A stretch of DNA of 20,000 nucleotides from an uncultured virus (IMG/VR IMGVR_UViG_3300030331_003482) (lineage: Duplodnaviria; Heunggongvirae; Uroviricota; Caudoviricetes), in the IMG/VR virus record IMGVR_UViG_3300030331_003482, positions 45,227 to 65,226 of that record, one strand, 5' to 3'. Both the position numbers and the translations under genes were made by a program. Each line of letters begins with the position of its first letter. The first letter of the stretch is position 1. Shown here piece after piece: positions 1 to 5,712 of this stretch. The notes under the pieces were generated by a model. That model was not told the DNA's origin and did no database searches. It was given only the letters and a program-made list of their open reading frames with translations.

Positions 1-291
1 AGTAGGTTTTTGTTTTCTGACAAGAGATATAATCTTTTCAAAGTTATGTTTCAGCTTGTGATTGTATAACTCGCCATCAAGTGTAACGTTAGGGTGTTGA
101 TCAAAGAAAGACTTAAGAGCCATTTCAATATGTCTAACGTTCATAAATTGTTTGTGGTTACGCGAATACGCACCATATTTTGTAAATAAGCATCGAACAC
201 CATCGAGCTTAGGTTGTATGTATACGACCTGATTCCAGTCTACTCTAGACTTGTCAAATTTGTGGGCCAGCATTGCCTTGTGTTGTATCAT
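1..291 (-). CDS. ATP-dependent DNA ligase, N-terminal part (runs off the left edge)
   Basis: Not in the ORF track. Manual translation from ATG 291: MIQHKAMLAHKFDKSRVDWNQVVYIQPKLDGVRCLF...SRN...LDGELY... It contains adenylation motif I (KxDGxR) and motif III (LDGELY). Confidence 0.9.
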   Translation of the reverse strand, partial: MIQHKAMLAHKFDKSRVDWNQVVYIQPKLDGVRCLFTKYGAYSRNHKQFMNVRHIEMALKSFFDQHPNVTLDGELYNHKLKHNFEKIISLVRKQKPT

Positions 292-583
292 CTAAGTTAT
301 CTAATTTATTTTGTATTATTTCTAATCTTCGTTTTATTATCGCCGCTTTCATATATTCTTCTTTACCTTCATATATTGCAAGCAGCGTGTGTAGTCTAGC
401 CATTTCAGCAACTAAAAATTCTTCTTCAGTTTCTTTGAAAGGCATATAACCTTTCATTATGTCAGCAATAGTCATTGGCGTAGACATTTGATGTTCTTCT
501 TGTTTAAACTTCCACAGCATCTTTTTAATTACCGCATCCGTTATCATATCAATTGTTGCATCGTTTATATTATCTAAATCCAT
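254..583 (-). CDS. Hypothetical protein with C-terminal UVR (uvrB/uvrC)-like helical motif; true start may be ATG 547
   Basis: ORF track. EEYMKAAIIKRRLE resembles the UVR consensus E(D/E)(F/Y)ExAAxxRDxI. The motif copy at 568-600 overlaps ATG 583. Confidence 0.6.
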   Translation of the reverse strand: MDLDNINDATIDMITDAVIKKMLWKFKQEEHQMSTPMTIADIMKGYMPFKETEEEFLVAEMARLHTLLAIYEGKEEYMKAAIIKRRLEIIQNKLDNLDDTTQGNAGPQI

Positions 584-600
584 TCGTATTTAGTTTGTTT
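568..600 (-). promoter_or_regulatory. Conserved early-promoter-like motif, copy 1
   Basis: Minus strand AAACAAACTAAATACGA-N9-GATAATA. Confidence 0.7.
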
Positions 601-1066
601 TTGCTAGTTGTTCTATTTTTTTAAATCTTTGTGTTAGTCTAGTATCCTTTTCAAAGTCAGTATAATCCATATCTGATTTATATTTTTCTATAATTTTATC
701 AGGGGTTAACACAAATACACATTTACTAGTGTATTGATCATAGCAGCTAATCCATATATCATCAGCGCCTGTCCATATGACGTAAGTGTAGTTATGATCT
801 ATAGATTGTGGCTCTGCATATAAGTAGCAACTGTCATAGTACATATCGTGTACTAACTTAGCTGCCATTGCGGTACCATCTTGTCTAGCATTAGCTTTAC
901 ACCAATTTGCTAGCTGTACACCTTGCCACTCAGGATAACCATCGTGATGTAAATACATATTTACATAGCTTTTGTCACCTAAATTCCAAGGATCTTGAGC
1001 AAAACCTAATTCGTGATTTTGTGCGTAGTCTCTATCAACTACCATTGTTAAATTTCTTGTACTCAT
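590..1066 (-). CDS. Phage hypothetical protein (MSTR...YxHxDGYP type)
   Basis: 158-aa ORF, tightly packed with neighbours. MSTR start and YLHHDGYP motif are typical of small phage early proteins. Confidence 0.75.
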   Translation of the reverse strand: MSTRNLTMVVDRDYAQNHELGFAQDPWNLGDKSYVNMYLHHDGYPEWQGVQLANWCKANARQDGTAMAAKLVHDMYYDSCYLYAEPQSIDHNYTYVIWTGADDIWISCYDQYTSKCVFVLTPDKIIEKYKSDMDYTDFEKDTRLTQRFKKIEQLAKTN

Positions 1067-1230
1067 TTTATTCCACCGTTTTTAATTGTTCTTCTTATTT
1101 CCATCAGATAATCATGAAACTTACTCCACTTATCTGAATCATCTTCATATGTTGCTGCCTCGATTCTAAATTTAAAATCTTTTATAAGCATAGTCAACAT
1201 ATTGTTTATTACTTCTTTTGGTATTGGCAT
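1063..1230 (-). CDS. Small hypothetical protein (55 aa)
   Basis: Manual translation MPIPKEVINNMLTMLIKDFKFRIEAATYEDDSDKWSKFHDYLMEIRRTIKNGGIK*. TAATG overlap with the upstream gene and ATGA overlap with the downstream gene. Confidence 0.75.
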   Translation of the reverse strand: MPIPKEVINNMLTMLIKDFKFRIEAATYEDDSDKWSKFHDYLMEIRRTIKNGGIK

Positions 1231-1538
1231 TATCTTTCATCTTTAAATAACGCTAAACCAAGTTTAGCATAGTTAATAATATCAGCAAATCTACTATCAA
1301 TAGACTCTGCTTTCTTTACGTTAGCATGATTAACATGAGCAAATACACTATTGACTTGTTTGTCAAAGTATGTAGCCCATACTTTTAATGCACTAGTATT
1401 CAGCCTGTTGGCTGTGCTTTTAAAATTATTTAGTACATCATCATTCATTAGTGTATACTCAGGGCCTTTGTCACCCATTATATTTTTAGCCATAAGTGAT
1501 ATAGCTTTATCTAGTTTATTAAATTCTGCTTGTGTCAT
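1230..1538 (-). CDS. Nucleotide-modification-associated domain 1 (Nmad1/DUF1599)-like all-alpha protein
   Basis: Pattern KGPEY...NNF...DKQV...ESIDSRFADIINYAKL matches remembered family motifs. Confidence 0.6.
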   Translation of the reverse strand: MTQAEFNKLDKAISLMAKNIMGDKGPEYTLMNDDVLNNFKSTANRLNTSALKVWATYFDKQVNSVFAHVNHANVKKAESIDSRFADIINYAKLGLALFKDER

Positions 1539-1549
1539 TTTTTTATTGT

Positions 1550-1843
1550 TTAATCTAGTAATGTCATATAAGCTGTAGGGTTTTCTGATCTAAACCAGTC
1601 TACAGCTTTTATCATATCCTTTTGTAATTTAACCATTGCAGGATCTTCTATGTAAAAGTCACCTGAGTTTTGAGCGTTTACAGCTAATGTATACTCAGCG
1701 CCTTTTATAAAATCATACATAGATAACTCTGGACCTGATATTAAACACTTTGCGCCTGAAAAAGGATTTTTTACTATATCACCTTGTGTGTACCAAGTAC
1801 CTTTAAACCATTTTGGTTTTTCTTGTTTATTCTTTGTATCCAT
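1550..1843 (-). CDS. Phage hypothetical protein
   Basis: 97-aa ORF in the co-oriented cluster, overlapping the upstream gene end. Confidence 0.7.
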   Translation of the reverse strand: MDTKNKQEKPKWFKGTWYTQGDIVKNPFSGAKCLISGPELSMYDFIKGAEYTLAVNAQNSGDFYIEDPAMVKLQKDMIKAVDWFRSENPTAYMTLLD

Positions 1844-2285
1844 CGTATTCTTTGTCTAGTAATTCATCTTTCTTATCATCAAACTTGTTACTATACCAAT
1901 CTTGGTATTTATCAGTGCAAATACTAAGAAAATCATATTCCATATCTTCCCATATAGCTGGATCAATCCAAACCATATCACCGTCATTTAAAGTATCAAG
2001 TACTCTATCAGACCACTCAGGGTGATCTTCATAATAGTATACATCATTATCTATACTTGGAGCACCGTGATCTCTAGTACAAACATAAACATCATACTGA
2101 TCAGCTGTGGTGTTAGTATATATTATTAAGTTTTCAGTGCCATTCGCCCAACTGCTTTTAACATCTAACGTTCCTGAGTACTCTTCTTTCAATACTTTCC
2201 AAGCATCTTCATCTTGTAAGCCAAAAATGATACCATCTTTTTCTAGTTCTTCTCTGACTATATCTGGCGTTAATATATTACTCAT
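1827..2285 (-). CDS. Acidic phage hypothetical protein
   Basis: 152-aa, very D/E-rich ORF; start overlaps the upstream gene end. Confidence 0.75.
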   Translation of the reverse strand: MSNILTPDIVREELEKDGIIFGLQDEDAWKVLKEEYSGTLDVKSSWANGTENLIIYTNTTADQYDVYVCTRDHGAPSIDNDVYYYEDHPEWSDRVLDTLNDGDMVWIDPAIWEDMEYDFLSICTDKYQDWYSNKFDDKKDELLDKEYDGYKE

Positions 2286-2508
2286 TTATCATAATGTTTT
2301 CGCCATATATAAAATCATAAGGAGACATTTTATAGCTTGTTAAACTTGTGTATGTAATGAGCTCGTTTATTTGTTGTATGGTAAGCTCAGACCATAATGA
2401 CTTAGACATGAGAGTATATTTAAGCATTCTAGCGGTATCATACTTCTTAGCGCTAGACCTTAAATCAACTTTAACCTCTGTCTTTAGTTTATCATATATT
2501 GATTTCAT
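2278..2508 (-). CDS. Hypothetical protein (76 aa; start revised to ATG 2508, MKSIYDK...)
   Basis: ATG 2508 follows motif copy 2 and an A-rich leader. The longer track start (2601) lies inside a structured RNA. Confidence 0.7.
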   Translation of the reverse strand: MKSIYDKLKTEVKVDLRSSAKKYDTARMLKYTLMSKSLWSELTIQQINELITYTSLTSYKMSPYDFIYGENIMINE

Positions 2509-2526
2509 AATTGTTAAATTTATATT

Positions 2527-2559
2527 TATTATCCTATTGTCATCGTATTTTGTTTGTAA
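2527..2559 (-). promoter_or_regulatory. Conserved early-promoter-like motif, copy 2
   Basis: TTACAAACAAAATACGA-N9-GATAATA. Confidence 0.75.
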
Positions 2560-2560
2560 T

Positions 2561-2665
2561 AAGTGGCGGCCAACCTGTGAGCAATGTCTTAAGCTTCTCA
2601 CGATGGACCGAGTTACGTATTGTTCACTTTGGGCTCACTTCTGAACGAAGTTACCTCGCCACCCC
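2561..2665 (-). ncRNA. Putative structured ncRNA (closed multi-branch fold)
   Basis: GC-rich island. GGGTGGCG/CGCCACTT and TAACTT/AGGTTG close the ends; internal stems are GTTCA/TGAAC and GTGAG/CTCAC. Confidence 0.5.
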
Positions 2666-2694
2666 AATACTGCGGTGCTTCCATCAGCCTGTAG

Positions 2695-2768
2695 TGGACG
2701 TGGCAGGAGTCGAACCTGCGTCTGGCACCTTTGCTTACGCCGAGGTTGCCGCCAACCATTACACGCCC
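2695..2768 (-). ncRNA. tmRNA-like tRNA-like domain lacking the mRNA-like domain (mini-tmRNA / Ala-tRNA mimic)
   Basis: Acceptor GGGCGTG/CACGTCC with G3-U70 and discriminator A. Stemless D-loop TAATGGTTGGC. Helix GGCA(A)CCT/AGGTGCC capped by GC-GTAA-GC. AGAC linker, then T-arm GCAGG-TTCGACT-CCTGC. Confidence 0.75.
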
Positions 2769-2989
2769 TATATCTCGTCGTAATAAGGATTAGTTATTAC
2801 TCCAAGTTGCAATGCTAGCTGCCTAGCAACAAGTTGCATGAGATAACTATGAGTGTCGTTGAATTGTTTGCCCTCAAGATCTTCATACTCCTTGCTGTCT
2901 AGTGCCCAGCTGCATTGTCTTTTAATATCTTTTTTAACTAAGCTTGCTATTGCTTTTGCTTCTATATCTAAGTTTTTAATTCTTCCCAT
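2768..2989 (-). CDS. Hypothetical protein
   Basis: 73-aa ORF; its TAG stop overlaps G1 of the tRNA-like RNA. Confidence 0.65.
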   Translation of the reverse strand: MGRIKNLDIEAKAIASLVKKDIKRQCSWALDSKEYEDLEGKQFNDTHSYLMQLVARQLALQLGVITNPYYDEI

Positions 2990-3074
2990 AATATTCTTCT
3001 ATTGTTACCCATTTGTCTATTTCTTGACAGTAAATCATACCATCAATTACGTTATTTTCTTCAAATCTACACAT
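2976..3074 (-). CDS. Small hypothetical protein (32 aa)
   Basis: Manual translation MCRFEENNVIDGMIYCQEIDKWVTIEEYYGKN*; fills the gap between its neighbours. Confidence 0.55.
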   Translation of the reverse strand: MCRFEENNVIDGMIYCQEIDKWVTIEEYYGKN

Positions 3075-3075
3075 A

Positions 3076-3297
3076 TTATACATTTCTTAGCATTGTACCA
3101 TAACCTCTGCGCTCGGTTAACTTACGTATACGTTTCGCCTGTTCTTTCGGCATAATCTGGATAGTATTACCGGTTTTGTGGTAGTTTATACTTATACAAC
3201 CATAAGGTTGCGTAGTACTGCAGTTGACGCAAGAGGTATACCCTAGGGCCAACCGAGCTTGAGGTATTATATTTTTACATTTACAATATTTTTTCAT
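3076..3297 (-). CDS. DksA/TraR C4-type zinc-finger-like protein
   Basis: YCKCKNIIPQARLALGYTSCVNC resembles CxxCGxxIPxxRLxxxPxxxxCxxC. Confidence 0.6.
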   Translation of the reverse strand: MKKYCKCKNIIPQARLALGYTSCVNCSTTQPYGCISINYHKTGNTIQIMPKEQAKRIRKLTERRGYGTMLRNV

Positions 3298-3304
3298 ACA
3301 ATTA

Positions 3305-3337
3305 TATTATCTTGCTTTAATCGTATTTTGTTTGTAA
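3305..3337 (-). promoter_or_regulatory. Conserved early-promoter-like motif, copy 3 (embedded in the 3' end of the upstream CDS)
   Basis: TTACAAACAAAATACGA-N9-GATAATA; ATG at 3297. Confidence 0.75.
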
Positions 3338-3771
3338 TTCTTTAAATAGTATTCTAACATATAGTTTAATCTAGCTAAGCTTGACCGTACTTTAGCCCTT
3401 GCTTTACCTATAAACTTTCTAGTTTGTAGTTTACCATCGATCAAGAACGTAGTTCTTTGCTCTTGATTATACGTTTTATTTATTTGATATGGTGAATAAC
3501 AACCATTTTGTTTTCTAACATAACCTGATTTGAAGCAAGCTAGTCTTAATCTTGGTGTATTTTCCCACTTAGTTCCGCTTGATATTAACCATCTTTTGTA
3601 ATAAGCGTTAGTATTAGCGTACGTAGAAACAGGAAACTCAAATTCTCTTGTACCATTTATCGCTTGTTTTTGAGTGGTTACCTCTTTAATATTATACTTA
3701 ATTAGCAATTGTCTTACAAAAGCGTTCTCAAGTGCTTCTTGTTCTAGTTGATATTTAGTTGCTTGTGTCAT
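3307..3771 (-). CDS. Basic phage hypothetical protein
   Basis: 154-aa ORF with A-rich leader. Confidence 0.75.
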   Translation of the reverse strand: MTQATKYQLEQEALENAFVRQLLIKYNIKEVTTQKQAINGTREFEFPVSTYANTNAYYKRWLISSGTKWENTPRLRLACFKSGYVRKQNGCYSPYQINKTYNQEQRTTFLIDGKLQTRKFIGKARAKVRSSLARLNYMLEYYLKNYKQNTIKAR

Positions 3772-4018
3772 AGTTTTTATTAATTTTATTCGCCATTTTT
3801 ATAAATTCAAAATCTTTTTCAAAGCCTTCAGGTGCATACTTGTTATATAAATCTACTAGTTCTTGCGTCCACCCGCCTAATTCTTGTACTTTGCTACTGA
3901 TAATTTTTGCTTGACGCCTACCAGAATCATAGTATCTATTATCGTCACTCATCATGTAAGTGTGATCGTGACACTTAAACATGTCTTCTATTGATAAATC
4001 TTCAAATGTTTTTGACAT
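3755..4018 (-). CDS. Hypothetical protein (HDHTYMMSDD motif); start at ATG 4018 or 4030
   Basis: ORF track 3755..4030; HDxxYxxSDD is a recurrent small-phage-protein pattern. Confidence 0.7.
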   Translation of the reverse strand: MSKTFEDLSIEDMFKCHDHTYMMSDDNRYYDSGRRQAKIISSKVQELGGWTQELVDLYNKYAPEGFEKDFEFIKMANKINKNYDTSN

Positions 4019-4181
4019 AACTCTTTCCATTTATTGTTATATAGTTGTTACACATTTTCGCATAAGGTACTCTGTGATAAACAGAACCTTCAATTAAACC
4101 ATCGCTATCGACAGTGTCATACAAGATGACGCTTTGTGGTACATCATGTATATCATAGTTAGTAAATTTTATTGTATTCAT
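4002..4181 (-). CDS. Small hypothetical protein (59 aa)
   Basis: Manual translation MNTIKFTNYDIHDVPQSVILYDTVDSDGLIEGSVYHRVPYAKMCNNYITINGKSYVKNI*; directly after motif copy 4. Confidence 0.65.
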   Translation of the reverse strand: MNTIKFTNYDIHDVPQSVILYDTVDSDGLIEGSVYHRVPYAKMCNNYITINGKSYVKNI

Positions 4182-4186
4182 ATTAT

Positions 4187-4219
4187 TATTATCTTACTAT
4201 GTTCGTATTTAGACTGTAA
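4187..4219 (-). promoter_or_regulatory. Conserved early-promoter-like motif, copy 4
   Basis: TTACAGTCTAAATACGA-N9-GATAATA. Confidence 0.75.
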
Positions 4220-4319
4220 ATTCATCACTTGAATCTAATCTATCATACCAATCATCTAAAATCATTTGTATTTGTTCTGAAGTGAGAACAGTTATCCTAT
4301 TATTACTAGTGCTACCCAT
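4209..4319 (-). CDS. Possible small acidic protein (36 aa)
   Basis: MGSTSNNRITVLTSEQIQMILDDWYDRLDSSDEFTV*. Confidence 0.4.
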   Translation of the reverse strand: MGSTSNNRITVLTSEQIQMILDDWYDRLDSSDEFTV

Positions 4320-4378
4320 AGTGTTAAAGTTAAAAGTGTTAAAAATATTATGTTTTCTAATGTTTCTTTTATATTCAT
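4292..4378 (-). CDS. Small single-TM membrane peptide (28 aa)
   Basis: MNIKETLENIIFLTLLTLTLWVALVIIG*; leader AAATATATAACT-ATG resembles that of the 4681 gene (AAATATAATAACT-ATG). Confidence 0.55.
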   Translation of the reverse strand: MNIKETLENIIFLTLLTLTLWVALVIIG

Positions 4379-4392
4379 AGTTATATATTTAG

Positions 4393-4436
4393 TTCTCGTG
4401 TGAGTAATCGAAACCCACCTCTGCTCCAAGACGAGA
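4393..4436 (-). ncRNA. tRNA-like minihelix (acceptor-like stem plus T-arm)
   Basis: TCTCGT-CTTGGAGCAGAG-GTGGGT-TTCGATT-ACTCAC-ACGAGA-A then CTA: 6+6 bp coaxial helices and a 7-nt T-loop. Confidence 0.55.
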
Positions 4437-4453
4437 TGTGAGGTTGAGTTAGA

Positions 4454-4681
4454 TTATACTAACTCTTTACCTCTTAATACTACTGGAATATTATTAGTCG
4501 CAGTGTAAGACTTATATTTTAACCAACATGGTAATTTAGTAAGTGTATCTTTCATTAGTGAAAATACTTTATCGTGATTATAAGTTATTGTATCACCTTT
4601 TTTGTTAGTGAATTCAATAGTTTGATTTTTACCGATTAGTGATTGTCTTACAACAAATCTTTTAGAAATTAAGTTACTCAT
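4454..4681 (-). CDS. Hypothetical protein, first substantial gene of the leftward arm
   Basis: 75-aa ORF after motif copy 5 with A-rich leader. Confidence 0.75.
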   Translation of the reverse strand: MSNLISKRFVVRQSLIGKNQTIEFTNKKGDTITYNHDKVFSLMKDTLTKLPCWLKYKSYTATNNIPVVLRGKELV

Positions 4682-4708
4682 AGTTATTATATTTAAGTTA
4701 TTTATATT

Positions 4709-4741
4709 TATTATCTTTTGAGTTTCGTATTTAGTTTGTAA
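4709..4741 (-). promoter_or_regulatory. Conserved early-promoter-like motif, copy 5
   Basis: TTACAAACTAAATACGA-N9-GATAATA (consensus). Confidence 0.75.
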
Positions 4742-4837
4742 AAGTATGTGAATTGTTTACTTGTAAATTTGTTATTAATAGTATACCGCAATCACTCTCT
4801 TTATTAAACATATTTATTATTTTTTTAAACTCATATA

Positions 4838-4870
4838 TATTATCTTTATATAGTCGTATTTATTATGTAA
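4838..4870 (-). promoter_or_regulatory. Conserved early-promoter-like motif, copy 6
   Basis: TTACATAATAAATACGA-N9-GATAATA. Confidence 0.7.
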
Positions 4871-5003
4871 ACTTAGTGAGTATATATTATAAAAATTTAA
4901 CTATATACATGTAAAATGTGAAAATATTTACACAAATATATATAAAAAGGGGGCCCCTACTCTTACAAAAATGATTTTTTTTATACAGACAAAGTACGAT
5001 AGA

Positions 5004-5019
5004 GTAGTGGCAACACTAC
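5004..5019 (+). repeat. Hairpin with GNRA tetraloop
   Basis: GTAGTG-GCAA-CACTAC, perfect 6-bp stem. Confidence 0.5.
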
Positions 5020-5049
5020 ACCTCATTACATCTCAAGCATATTTTTATA

Positions 5050-5092
5050 TGACAGTAGCCTTATAGATACTAATAGTAATAGGCAAATGTCA
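5050..5092. repeat. Spaced inverted repeat (operator- or terminus-like)
   Basis: TGACA-N3-GCCT-N19-AGGC-N3-TGTCA. Confidence 0.55.
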
Positions 5093-5132
5093 CCTTTTTA
5101 AATCATACTAAATACATGTAATATATTATAGT

Positions 5133-5366
5133 ATGGCGAAGCAGAAATTATCACTAAAAGCTAGGGCTGCTAAAAAACGTAGAGACCTAAGAGCAGCTAA
5201 TAGCGACAGGCGCAAAGCTATGAGAGCTGAAAACCAGCGTAAAAGACGTGCTGCTATTAAAGCCGGAAAAAATATACGTGGCAAAGACTACGATCACAAA
5301 ACCAAGAAGTTTACAAGTATAAAAGCGAACCGTGGAAACAGGGGACACGGTACGCGTAATGAATAA
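5133..5366 (+). CDS. Highly basic small protein, possibly degenerate HNH-like
   Basis: K/R-rich 77 aa; C-terminal KDYDH...KANRG. Confidence 0.65.
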   Translation: MAKQKLSLKARAAKKRRDLRAANSDRRKAMRAENQRKRRAAIKAGKNIRGKDYDHKTKKFTSIKANRGNRGHGTRNE

Positions 5367-5399
5367 CTATTCCCCTGCAACCTAATAAAAACCAAAACA

Positions 5400-5690
5400 A
5401 TGACGTATTTTTATTACAAAACCAATACTTGGGGTAACTCCAACCCACAAGTAACCGAGGAGACCAAAGATTTTTGGAAACACCTTGTTGAGAAAAAGAA
5501 TTGGAGAATTGTACAATTACCTAACGGTTTCTATCAAACAGAATATAAGGACATGGAAGATGTCTGGACTGATGTTACAAGAAGAGAAACTATAGAAAGT
5601 GCTGAAGCTGCTATTGATGGTAGCATCGAGCATTATACTAAAAGGTTAGACTTTTTAAAAGGACCTAAGGTAGTTAAGACGTTTAAATAG
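5400..5690 (+). CDS. Phage hypothetical protein
   Basis: 96-aa ORF with A-rich leader. Confidence 0.8.
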   Translation: MTYFYYKTNTWGNSNPQVTEETKDFWKHLVEKKNWRIVQLPNGFYQTEYKDMEDVWTDVTRRETIESAEAAIDGSIEHYTKRLDFLKGPKVVKTFK

Positions 5691-5712
5691 CAATATAATA
5701 AAATTTAATTAA

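Noticed and set aside
2671..2691. Hammerhead ribozyme core (CTGATGG on the minus strand)
   Set aside because: It is not CTGATGA, and no GAAA core with matching stems was found.
2695..2768. Canonical tRNA (alternative cloverleaf GGTTG/CAACC plus GGCGT/GTGCC) or an attP copy of the ssrA 3' end
   Set aside because: The alternative fold gives a 4-nt D-loop and an 8-nt anticodon loop without U33. An attP fragment would not normally keep a fully pairing 5' acceptor strand, and no integrase is in view.
214..3155. Plus-strand ORFs in the left arm (214, 907, 1351, 1813, 2107, 2348, 2511, 2853)
   Set aside because: They are antisense shadows of a densely packed minus-strand gene set, with S/L/F-biased composition.
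568..4870. CRISPR array or attC-type cassette repeats
   Set aside because: Spacing is irregular (130-1960 nt), the central 9 nt vary, the copies are not palindromic, and each sits upstream of a gene like a promoter.
5101..5133. Seventh, plus-strand copy of the early motif (CTAAATACAT-N9-TATAGTA)
   Set aside because: It lacks the invariant CGA and GATAAT, and would place the start site inside the gene.
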